Shown here piece after piece: positions 17,719 through 25,914 of a stretch of 32,665 bases of DNA. Position 1 is the stretch's first letter, and every line of letters begins with the position of its first letter. This DNA is from a virus. Lineage: Duplodnaviria > Caudoviricetes. The translations under genes and the position numbers were made by a program. The stretch spans positions 1 to 32,665 of the IMG/VR virus record IMGVR_UViG_3300005077_000070; one strand, written 5' to 3'. The notes beneath the pieces were generated by a model. The model made no database searches. It was not told the origin of the DNA and saw only the letters and a list, made by a program, of their open reading frames with translations.

Positions 17719-18453
17719 TTATCTATCCAACTTCAAATAAATTAGTTGATATTCGTCTGCTACTGATGCTGCCGGTCCAGATGTACCTACAAAAGGTTCT
17801 GCGGCTCCGTCTTTACCTTCAACTTGTCCCGCTCCTGTACCCGCACCTAGAGTCATGTCTTCACCTAAGGCTGCTGTTGCCTCATCTTGGTAGACTGCAC
17901 ATGGCCCCCAAGTTTGGATATATCCATATTCAGATGCTCCAAGACCTCCGACTCCGTTTGGAACTCCTACCGGGATAAAGGTCTGGTTGGTATCCGCAAC
18001 CCTAATATTGTCATATTTGTTGTAGATAAGATCTACGTTTGCCTCTGATAATGCTCCTGCCGTGTCGATTGCTTCTGCAAGATAGACTACTGCTGTTCCT
18101 GTGGTTGAGGTCTGAGCATCGTTTCCTTCAACTTTGTAAGCTCTACCTTCGCCTGTTCCATCTTGAACTACCAACCAACCGTCTTTGTATTGATCTGCCG
18201 TAACTGCGCCGGAATCAAGAGTTACCTTGACAATTTTATCTCCTACTGCTGGAGCAACTGCAAAGTTCATGTTATCATGTGCTGCCACAACCGCAGCTGC
18301 AACACCTATTTTACCCCTAGCTACTGCCGCTGCTGCATAAGCATAGTGGTATGTTCTGCCAAAAGCATCCTCATACCTTGTCCCAAGAGATACCTGTTGG
18401 GTTGATGTCCCTTGTCCTTGTGGTGATATTGTTCCTAATATTCCTTGTGCCAT
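17719..18453 (-). CDS. Putative capsid decoration/cement protein
   Basis: Directly after the MCP; LGTR..D..GR.Y.Y and YGYIQT.G patterns common in post-capsid decoration genes. Confidence 0.55.
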   Translation of the reverse strand: MAQGILGTISPQGQGTSTQQVSLGTRYEDAFGRTYHYAYAAAAVARGKIGVAAAVVAAHDNMNFAVAPAVGDKIVKVTLDSGAVTADQYKDGWLVVQDGTGEGRAYKVEGNDAQTSTTGTAVVYLAEAIDTAGALSEANVDLIYNKYDNIRVADTNQTFIPVGVPNGVGGLGASEYGYIQTWGPCAVYQDEATAALGEDMTLGAGTGAGQVEGKDGAAEPFVGTSGPAASVADEYQLIYLKLDR

Positions 18454-18457
18454 GTTT

Positions 18458-19567
18458 TTATACTCCTGTTATTGCATAAAGTTGACCATTAAGTCTTGGA
18501 TTCTTTGCACACATCTGACCGATTACATAAAATCTTGCTACAGTTCCAGCCTGATCCGGCATTAACATAGGTGGTTGATAGAACCATCCGTTAAAGTTAG
18601 ATGGTGTTTCCGCTTGTGTAGGTGTTTCAATATTACTAAGTCCCAGATCTACTTTAGTAAGACCAAGTTTTGCATATTCCTGAGGTACAACTGTCCTACC
18701 GAACCATCCGAATGACTTTTCATTGTTTTTGTACCAAACTCCGGTCGTTGCTTTTTTATCCTTAATTACAGGGAAACCTCTGTGGTGTAAAGATACAAAC
18801 CCTGCGGCTCCACCCATTTTTGCTTCAGATGCTCCGTCTCCCATAACACTCATTCTTGGGAAACCGCCTGAGTTGTAATTTGCCCTCATTTGAGGATCCA
18901 AAAGTTGTTCATACAAGCTCCAACCTGTAAATGTGGTCACGTTTATGTTAGGAACTCCTGCCAGGTCGCCTCCAGCCGATGCAGAATCATCTAAAGTTCC
19001 AAGTTTTGCCAAAGTCATTGTTCCGCCTGAGGAAGTGTAAGTAGCGTTAAGTGCTGAGTATGTAGCTCTTGTCTGGCCTCCGATTGTCGCTGCGTTAGTT
19101 CCGTTATCTACAATTGCTTGAAGTCCCAAAGGAGCGTCTCCTGCACCCGTTGAGTAAGCTGCATCTGCAACCGCGTCAACCGCTTCAAGTGCCGCCTCTT
19201 CATATTTATAAGCATCCAAAGGTATAACCCCGTTTTCGTCAGCATTTGCAAAAGATTCAAGCATGATCCCGACCTTAGGTTGTGTTCCTGCGGTGTGTGC
19301 AAAAGAAAGAGTGATTTCGTTGTCCTCAGCTGAGGAGTTCAGGTTCTCCAGACCTGTGAACCACTCAAATTGTGAGCTTTGCTGATATTTAAGAGTAAAG
19401 TCCATAACTGCGCCCTTAAATTTCTGCGCTTTACTCATCAACCTTGAAAAGTAGGTGGGGGATGTCAAAACAGCGTCTACGACTTTCGCGTGAAGTTGTC
19501 GATTTGTTTTACCCTCGACTCGGTTGGTGACTGTTATGCCGTCTGGTGTTACTGCGTATCCTGCCAT
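18458..19567 (-). CDS. Major capsid protein (HK97 fold presumed)
   Basis: ~369 aa following portal and scaffold; GL..IVD...T.GG..R motif; strong TTGACA/TATAAT promoter; start at 19567 preferred over 19585. Confidence 0.8.
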   Translation of the reverse strand: MAGYAVTPDGITVTNRVEGKTNRQLHAKVVDAVLTSPTYFSRLMSKAQKFKGAVMDFTLKYQQSSQFEWFTGLENLNSSAEDNEITLSFAHTAGTQPKVGIMLESFANADENGVIPLDAYKYEEAALEAVDAVADAAYSTGAGDAPLGLQAIVDNGTNAATIGGQTRATYSALNATYTSSGGTMTLAKLGTLDDSASAGGDLAGVPNINVTTFTGWSLYEQLLDPQMRANYNSGGFPRMSVMGDGASEAKMGGAAGFVSLHHRGFPVIKDKKATTGVWYKNNEKSFGWFGRTVVPQEYAKLGLTKVDLGLSNIETPTQAETPSNFNGWFYQPPMLMPDQAGTVARFYVIGQMCAKNPRLNGQLYAITGV

Positions 19568-19656
19568 GTTATTGTTTTTAAACAAAAAAAATCCCGCTGG
19601 TTGCGAGATATTTTTCTCTAGGTCCTATTATACACGACTGTCAAATTTATTGTCAA
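19568..19656 (-). promoter_or_regulatory. Consensus sigma70 promoter plus AGAG-hairpin-U-tract leader (copy 4)
   Basis: TTGACA(19651-56)-18nt-TATAAT(19627-32)-7nt-AGAGAAAAATATCTCGCAACCAGCGGGATTTTTTTTG. Confidence 0.7.
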
Positions 19657-19661
19657 GAGGT

Positions 19662-20420
19662 CTAATTTTCAGAGTCTATAATCTCTTGAAACGATTTGCT
19701 ATGAATATCTTTATAACTAAAACTGTCCTGGTTTTCCCTGACCGATGTGTCACCACTAATAGGAAGATCTGCACCCGGAGGAGCCTTTAGAATATCTGGC
19801 GCCCTGAGTAAGACGTCACTGATAGACGGAGTATAACTGTTTGTTGGATCAGACTGTTTTTGTTCGTCAATCAACTTTCCAATGCCCATTATTATTTTCC
19901 TTCTAGCAACAACACCAGGGTCGTTTTGGTCTGTCGGGTTTTTGATTACTGGAACCTTACCAAGTCTGGCAAGATCGTTGTATTGTCTGTGCCAGCTTCG
20001 TACTATTTCCTGAGTTTTCTGTTGTCTTGCTTGTTCTTCGTATTTTTCCTGTTGCTCAGACTCTTTTGATAAATGTTCAAATTTTTCGCTAACCTTAGCA
20101 TCTATTATCTTTTGCAAAGTTTCTTTGTCGGTGGGTAAACTGTCTTCCTCTTTTTTTGTAAGTCCCAACGCCTCACCTATTTTTTGAATAACACTTTTAG
20201 AGACCTGTTCGCTTACCTTACCCTCTACATCTTTGGTTATGTCTTCACGGAGTTTATTTGCTTGCTCTTCTGATAAAGCGTCACTTTTTTGTTCTTGGTC
20301 ACTGTCTTTATTTTTCTGATCATCATCGGCATTATATACAGTCTGGCCTCCTTTATCATCACCTTGAGGATTATTATCTTGAGGATCTTTGTCGTTTGGA
20401 TTTGCAGTATTTTCTGCCAT
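19662..20420 (-). CDS. Putative capsid scaffolding protein
   Basis: Acidic disordered N-terminus, coiled coil, located between portal and MCP. Confidence 0.65.
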   Translation of the reverse strand: MAENTANPNDKDPQDNNPQGDDKGGQTVYNADDDQKNKDSDQEQKSDALSEEQANKLREDITKDVEGKVSEQVSKSVIQKIGEALGLTKKEEDSLPTDKETLQKIIDAKVSEKFEHLSKESEQQEKYEEQARQQKTQEIVRSWHRQYNDLARLGKVPVIKNPTDQNDPGVVARRKIIMGIGKLIDEQKQSDPTNSYTPSISDVLLRAPDILKAPPGADLPISGDTSVRENQDSFSYKDIHSKSFQEIIDSEN

Positions 20421-20427
20421 GCTATTA

Positions 20428-20455
20428 ATTATACACCATCAATAAAACTTGTCAA
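20428..20455 (-). promoter_or_regulatory. Sigma70 promoter giving a leaderless scaffold mRNA
   Basis: TTGACA-16nt-TATAAT-7nt-ATG. Confidence 0.65.
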
Positions 20456-20458
20456 AGT

Positions 20459-20635
20459 TTATGAAGTAGCCATTTTAACTGCTTCTTCTCTCGCGTCAGG
20501 TTTGGGTATTCTCGCTCCGTGTTTTCTGGCTTGGTTAAGTGCAATTGCCGTTTTTTGGTCACTGGCCATTCCCGGCTTTTCCTTTTTAAGGAAACTCATT
20601 ATTTTTCCGACTTCTGATGTTTTAGGTAACGGCAT
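20459..20635 (-). CDS. 58 aa basic hypothetical protein (missed by the ORF track)
   Basis: MPLPKTSEVGKIMSFLKKEKPGMASDQKTAIALNQARKHGARIPKPDAREEAVKMATS*; MP..K...Q..AIAL..AR pattern of small phage head-region proteins; TGATATACT 6 nt upstream. Confidence 0.7.
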   Translation of the reverse strand: MPLPKTSEVGKIMSFLKKEKPGMASDQKTAIALNQARKHGARIPKPDAREEAVKMATS

Positions 20636-20647
20636 GATTTTAGTATA

Positions 20648-22672
20648 TCATCTTCCTGCAAAAAGACTGCCAATAGCCTGTGTCGCTTTTCCTATCAAAC
20701 CTCTGGGGCTTCCCTGTGGAACAGTTGGTATATTTCCCGTGTTTTGTGGTGAGGGGGCCATAGGCTGAGTGTTGATGGTGGTGGATCCAGACTGTGGCTG
20801 TCCCACTTGCTGTTGTATTTGTCTATTTTGGAATATTACGTTTTCGGCAATATCTTTAATATCCTGTTTTTGAATAAACTGTTTGTAGTAAAGCTCTGGT
20901 GCAGTGTTGAATAAGAATGACTTTTCGGCTCTATCCTCAGGATCGGGTCTTCCTGTGTCTTCATAGTATGATACTGGATCTCCAAGCCCGATTTGTGACT
21001 CTTCTTTAGCTTGTCTTTCAGCCTTTAGTTTGTCAGTACCTGAGGCTTTAATAGTAACTTCTAAACCGTCTTCTATAATATCAGCCGTTAATCTTTGTTG
21101 GACTGTTTCTCCCTGTTTTCCTATTAACCTTTCAAAGTGTTCCGGAGTGTAGCGGAGTTTCATCATATGTAGCAAAGCCTCAGCCATCTTTGTTGCGACT
21201 TCGTTGATAGTCAAGGCACTCAAGTCATCCGCAACAGTAAAGTCCGACTCTCTTGCTATTTGGTTGGTAGTAGCTGTTGAGGTTTTGATTTCCCCTCTGG
21301 TGGGCGCGCTTATATGTAGTTTAGATAGTATTCTTTCTCTGGTTCTTGATAAATCTTCAAACATTTGTGCTCCGGGCTGCTCTTTTTTGATATAGGTATG
21401 AACCTCGTTTAACTTACCTGTTAAAAACATATCTTTATCAGGGTCGTTGAAGTCATTGTCCTGCACAGTATCTTTTTTAAGGCCTGACAGGGAAGAGTAG
21501 ACGTTTTTACCTTTGGCGTCATCTATCATTTTGGTAATTTGCATACCCCTGACGTCGTAGTTTTCCTGTAAGTACAAGTTTTCCTCTATTCTTGATGTTT
21601 CATCCAAAGGCATATCGCCGTATTGCTCGTATCCCATGAATATAAAAGGTTTTCTGGGTCTTCCGAAGTAATTTCTATAAACTTTTTTCCTCTCTACACC
21701 TTCTGCGTCAAAACCAAGTAGAGCCAACTGCGGTATCATTTCCTCCGGTACAGGCTGATCGTTGAAAAACAGTTTTTCTTCACCCTCCCAGTCCCAGTTG
21801 GGGTTTAGTCGTTTGTCTAAAATTACGGCATCCTCACCTTTACCCAGTTTCCACAAAACACCGCTTTTAAAATCAAACTCAGGGTTTTCCTGGTCAAAAT
21901 CTTCAGCTTTATCTTTCCATTCCAGCCAGACCTCTCTTACAACCAGATCTATCGCCAAACCGTCAGGGTCTTTCTTCTCGTCCCAGTCTTTTTTGTTTTT
22001 TGCGTAGTTTTTTAAATCCTCTTCTTTTTTAGGAAATAAAATAATCCAGTCGTTTAAAGACTTTTCCACCTTTTGAATAATAATCTTCATGTTTTTCTCA
22101 TCATTGTCGGTAGATTTATGGTCCATAATGATATTTTTGTGGTGAACCACCTCAAAGTCTATATCTCCTAGTTTTCCCTTTTTGGGATTCCTCTTCCACT
22201 TAATACACGCCGTTATGTTTAGCGGGTGATGTCTGAAAGCTTTGGTCAGTATTTTTTTCAATTCATCCGATTGAAGTGTTTTATTTACTGCCTTTCCCAA
22301 AAGGTTTGCTGTTTCTTTTGGCAGTTGTGATTGCGTTCCAGGATTAACAACTAAATCGGGCATTCTGGAAAGAACAATGGAACGCAGGATATCCTCTCCC
22401 TCTTTAAGTACGTTGTCCACGTAGGGTTTTTCGTAGGATTTGAGTTGTCTGGTTTGAGTTAAGCCTTGATAAGTTCTGCCCTGCACCTGATCTCCAAAGA
22501 AAAACCTTTGAATGGTCTCGCGTCTTTTGTCAATGTGTTTTTCCTCGTTGTAAAATTTAAGTGCCTGTCGTTCAAAATTGTCAATGTAGGTATTTAGTCT
22601 GGAATCGTCAATATCCAGGTTCAATTCGGGTACAGCCTCTTGGACCTCTTTGTCAGAAGTATCGTCTTGCAT
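20648..22672 (-). CDS. Portal protein (podovirus-like)
   Basis: 674 aa between TerL and scaffold; TAT...I motif; Gln/Pro-rich C-terminal tail. Confidence 0.75.
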   Translation of the reverse strand: MQDDTSDKEVQEAVPELNLDIDDSRLNTYIDNFERQALKFYNEEKHIDKRRETIQRFFFGDQVQGRTYQGLTQTRQLKSYEKPYVDNVLKEGEDILRSIVLSRMPDLVVNPGTQSQLPKETANLLGKAVNKTLQSDELKKILTKAFRHHPLNITACIKWKRNPKKGKLGDIDFEVVHHKNIIMDHKSTDNDEKNMKIIIQKVEKSLNDWIILFPKKEEDLKNYAKNKKDWDEKKDPDGLAIDLVVREVWLEWKDKAEDFDQENPEFDFKSGVLWKLGKGEDAVILDKRLNPNWDWEGEEKLFFNDQPVPEEMIPQLALLGFDAEGVERKKVYRNYFGRPRKPFIFMGYEQYGDMPLDETSRIEENLYLQENYDVRGMQITKMIDDAKGKNVYSSLSGLKKDTVQDNDFNDPDKDMFLTGKLNEVHTYIKKEQPGAQMFEDLSRTRERILSKLHISAPTRGEIKTSTATTNQIARESDFTVADDLSALTINEVATKMAEALLHMMKLRYTPEHFERLIGKQGETVQQRLTADIIEDGLEVTIKASGTDKLKAERQAKEESQIGLGDPVSYYEDTGRPDPEDRAEKSFLFNTAPELYYKQFIQKQDIKDIAENVIFQNRQIQQQVGQPQSGSTTINTQPMAPSPQNTGNIPTVPQGSPRGLIGKATQAIGSLFAGR

Positions 22673-22691
22673 GATTTAATTATAACATTAC

Positions 22692-22982
22692 TTAGGTAGA
22701 CTCCGGTGTTTTGGTGTAGACAGAGCCTACGAAAGAATAATAGACACCGCACTCTTCCCATTCTCCGTCTCTTCTTTGAACAGATCCTTTACATTTAAGT
22801 CTGGTGCTGGGTTCAACAGGAGATCTGCCGGGGACTATTGTCATAACTCTCCCTGTGTATTCAATAATAGGAGTTCTGCAGTTAAAACAATAAAACATTT
22901 TTACTTTGTCGCTGTAAGCCTCAACCTCTGGTTCCAAAAAGACTGTGGTTAATTTTTTAGTAGAAGGGATAGCTTTGCCCAT
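22692..22982 (-). CDS. Zn-ribbon hypothetical protein
   Basis: CFNC ... C ... CG; leaderless-type promoter. Confidence 0.6.
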   Translation of the reverse strand: MGKAIPSTKKLTTVFLEPEVEAYSDKVKMFYCFNCRTPIIEYTGRVMTIVPGRSPVEPSTRLKCKGSVQRRDGEWEECGVYYSFVGSVYTKTPEST

Positions 22983-22990
22983 TGGGGAAA

Positions 22991-23560
22991 TTATATCACG
23001 TATCCAAACAGGGCAAAATCATCCTTATATAAATTGGCAATTATAGACTTTGATTGCGAATCTAGTATATTTTTTGATTTGTCCGAAACTTTGGACTTAT
23101 TTATGTGTGGTAAGTCGATATCAATATGTAGGGTATTTCGTACGGTATTCCAGTCGTCTTTTATGTTTTCAACCCTTCCCACAAAGTCTACCTGTATCTC
23201 TTTGTATTGGTTGCATATAAACTTCCATTGGGGTCTGAATACCAGCTCGTTTAAACTGTCCAATTCCCAACTGTTATAAATCTCACTTAACTTTTGTGAG
23301 AAATCATTTATCCCCATTTTATCCCCAGAGTTATCCACATACCACATGTAGCAGGATATAAATCTGTCATAGGGATTTCTGACAAAAGAAAACTTAAATA
23401 AGTCTTCAAATTTCAATCCCTCACACTGCCCCTCAAAAAATCTTTTAAAATAAATGATATCTTTGTGTCCTTGACCACCCAATATTGTTTCAAGAGACGA
23501 TCCTGCACATCTGGGGACATGTATAAAGACTGTGTTTAGTTGATAATTAAATACACTCAT
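22991..23560 (-). CDS. Sulfotransferase family 2 protein
   Basis: FIHVPRCAGSS (5'-PSB), FVRNPYDRFIS (3'-PB), Y.DDF.LFGY C-terminus. Confidence 0.85.
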   Translation of the reverse strand: MSVFNYQLNTVFIHVPRCAGSSLETILGGQGHKDIIYFKRFFEGQCEGLKFEDLFKFSFVRNPYDRFISCYMWYVDNSGDKMGINDFSQKLSEIYNSWELDSLNELVFRPQWKFICNQYKEIQVDFVGRVENIKDDWNTVRNTLHIDIDLPHINKSKVSDKSKNILDSQSKSIIANLYKDDFALFGYVI

Positions 23561-23565
23561 TTTAA

Positions 23566-23669
23566 AACCCTCAATACTGGATTAAATAGACCAAAAAACC
23601 AAAGTTCCCCAAAGGAAACCTTGTAGGCCTTATTCTTCGGCCCTGTCTTTTAATCCAGTATTCAAGGTT
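23566..23669 (-). repeat. Long inverted repeat enclosing two inner hairpins (structured RNA candidate)
   Basis: aaccctcaatactggattaaatagac (23566-91) pairs with gtcttttaatccagtattcaaggtt (23645-69). Confidence 0.7.
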
Positions 23670-23670
23670 C

Positions 23671-24128
23671 TAATTTTATTGGTGGGGTTAAGCCACCTTT
23701 ATTTTATTTTACCTGATTGTTGGACAACTGGTCTTTTTTTCCATTTTTTGTAGTCCTCAATCGTCATTTTGGTAAAAAAGTCGACTCTGTCTTCCCAATA
23801 TTTATCTGACATTAGGAAGTCATCTATTGCAGCCTCTAAATGTTTTTTAGAACTTACAATACAATCTCTAAAAGCGGTATCAGAGACATAGTCAAAGCGT
23901 ATATTTTCAAGTATTTCATACGCCCTGAGTATTTGGTTTCTTACAACCGCTGCTCTGGTACGAGAAATCTTTTTTTCTCTTTTTACCTGCTCAAATTCTC
24001 TTAACAACAATTCCTTTTTTGATAAAGGTCTTGGCATTTCTAATTTATCTTCCATAAATTCTCACCTCCTCTCTAATTTTTGGTATTTTTAGTCTTTCCG
24101 ACTAAACTTAACCCCACTAAAAAAACTA
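23671..24128. repeat. 22 bp imperfect inverted repeats flanking ORF 23699..24055
   Basis: taattttattggtggggttaag (23671-92) versus cttaaccccactaaaaaaacta (24107-28); 11 bp perfect core gtggggttaag. Confidence 0.65.
23699..24055 (-). CDS. Helical hypothetical protein
   Basis: 118 aa; strong SD GAGGAGGTGA. Confidence 0.7.
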   Translation of the reverse strand: MEDKLEMPRPLSKKELLLREFEQVKREKKISRTRAAVVRNQILRAYEILENIRFDYVSDTAFRDCIVSSKKHLEAAIDDFLMSDKYWEDRVDFFTKMTIEDYKKWKKRPVVQQSGKIK

Positions 24129-24152
24129 CAACTCCCTCACTTAATCAAACTC

Positions 24153-25607
24153 CTATTCTCTAAACTTTGTCGGATCAATAACATGTGCAGCTCTGGGTAA
24201 TATTATATCAGGTTTGGTTCTGCTTATTAAACCATATTTGCCTGAGTCTATCCATTTAATGAAAGGAAGGAAGTAGCTAGAACTGTCAACTCCATGATCC
24301 TCAAGGTCTGTGTTTAAATCCTCCATGTCGTTTTCGTCGGGTTCCATCAAAGGAATTGTTCTTGCCAGGTTAGGGCAGTCTTTTGTAATTATCCAATAGG
24401 GTAGACCATCTATTGCCTTTCTCATCCAGTTATCCATTGCGGCCCAGCGGGACTTCCTGTTTCTCGATCCACCCACCATGAGCCACCTGTTTCCTGTTAT
24501 CTTCTCAAATCCTTCATTCATTTGGTCGGCTATGCTCATTGAACCATCCGAGAGGGGGTTTAACATGGAAGGGTCAATACATATTTGTTTTGTCTCTTGG
24601 ATCCTAAACCTTTTGCGTGCTTTCACAATCTCCTCTGCCCATTCATATGGACTCTTGCCCGTTCCGTAAAGCTCTGCAAATGTATATATTCTATTGAACG
24701 TGATTGTATCCTCTCCAGTAAAAAACTGCACAGGTTGTAACACGTGGGCGTACCACGCAAATGGTGCGGTACGTCCCCAGTCAATAGACTCATATATCTC
24801 AAAGTTAGGTTTAGGTATGATTGTTCCCTTGTACATATGAGTTCTATAAATCCACTGAGGGAAGAACCTACCGGCAGACTCGTTAAATGATGCCATATAT
24901 TCCTGTTCCCAAAATGCCAGTTTTCCTTTTTCTTCCGCTTCCTGCCTTTTCTCATCTATATATTTAACAAATGCTTTCCTTTGCACAGAGTTTTCGGGCC
25001 ATGAAAGATTGTCATAACTGGTAAAGTGCCAGCTTTCCCAGTCGCTATTTAGTTTAATTTTCTTTCCAAAGTCGGTGAACCGTCCGCGATGATCTCCTCT
25101 TAACGCAAAATCGTGAAACCAGTTTAACCCCTTGGGTGTTCCTACATACATCTGTCTGTGGTTAGGAGAGTCTGCCAAGGCCGGTTCAATGGTAGTAAAT
25201 GCCTCCTCTTTAACATCAGCCACCTCATCCCAGCCAATAAAGTCAATTCCTGATCCTCGAAGAGAGTCGTAGTTGTCTGATCCTTTAAGTCTTACCCATG
25301 AGTCAGTGTGTTTAAAATAAAGAGACAACTCGGATTTATCTGCCTTACAAATGCCCGCCTGGACATAGGGCATAAAGTATTTAGTAATATCCGGGTCTAT
25401 CCAGTAGACCTCTTTTGCTTGTCTATAAAGAGGGAGTATTATCCAAGCGATTTGTTTGGAAACCTGAAGTGCCAAAGAAAGAGCTTCGTTTAGGAGAAGC
25501 GCGCTCTTCCCAAATCTCCTCCCGCATACGGCGACTCTGTTTCTGGCCTTAGATAGATGAATAAGCCTTTGGTTTGCGTGTGGAATATAGAGCTTTGGTA
25601 TATTCAT
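24153..25607 (-). CDS. terL: Terminase large subunit
   Basis: Walker A GRRFGKS, Walker B IGWDE, GTPKG coupling motif, RNase H-like IDWG and DH.VD. Confidence 0.95.
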   Translation of the reverse strand: MNIPKLYIPHANQRLIHLSKARNRVAVCGRRFGKSALLLNEALSLALQVSKQIAWIILPLYRQAKEVYWIDPDITKYFMPYVQAGICKADKSELSLYFKHTDSWVRLKGSDNYDSLRGSGIDFIGWDEVADVKEEAFTTIEPALADSPNHRQMYVGTPKGLNWFHDFALRGDHRGRFTDFGKKIKLNSDWESWHFTSYDNLSWPENSVQRKAFVKYIDEKRQEAEEKGKLAFWEQEYMASFNESAGRFFPQWIYRTHMYKGTIIPKPNFEIYESIDWGRTAPFAWYAHVLQPVQFFTGEDTITFNRIYTFAELYGTGKSPYEWAEEIVKARKRFRIQETKQICIDPSMLNPLSDGSMSIADQMNEGFEKITGNRWLMVGGSRNRKSRWAAMDNWMRKAIDGLPYWIITKDCPNLARTIPLMEPDENDMEDLNTDLEDHGVDSSSYFLPFIKWIDSGKYGLISRTKPDIILPRAAHVIDPTKFRE

Positions 25608-25897
25608 TCGTGTTTTGCTAATGTCCCATCTATATTTACAGTTACATTTCCTTCTACTTCATGAGATTGTTTTGGCATGCCGTCCATTCTGTTCATCATT
25701 TCTCTTAAAGCATTAACATTTCCTTTTAAAGCCTGATTAACCAAACTTCTGCTGACATGGTACTTAATAGGTTTTCCGTCTTTGGCTTTTTCTTCAACAG
25801 CCTTTTTCAGCTCAGATGACCAAGTCCATTCTTTTTTAGGAGCACCTTTACGGTTTCCTGATTGACCTGGTTTAAATGATGTTGATGATCTTGCCAT
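25604..25897 (-). CDS. terS: Putative terminase small subunit (DUF5681-like)
   Basis: FKPGQSGN..G motif; ATGA-coupled to terL. Confidence 0.75.
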   Translation of the reverse strand: MARSSTSFKPGQSGNRKGAPKKEWTWSSELKKAVEEKAKDGKPIKYHVSRSLVNQALKGNVNALREMMNRMDGMPKQSHEVEGNVTVNIDGTLAKHE

Positions 25898-25914
25898 ACC
25901 CTGTTTTTTCCCTG

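Noticed and set aside
23566-23669. tRNA or tmRNA call for the branched structure
   Set aside because: Closing stem far too long; no T-loop GTTCRA, D-loop or CCA end
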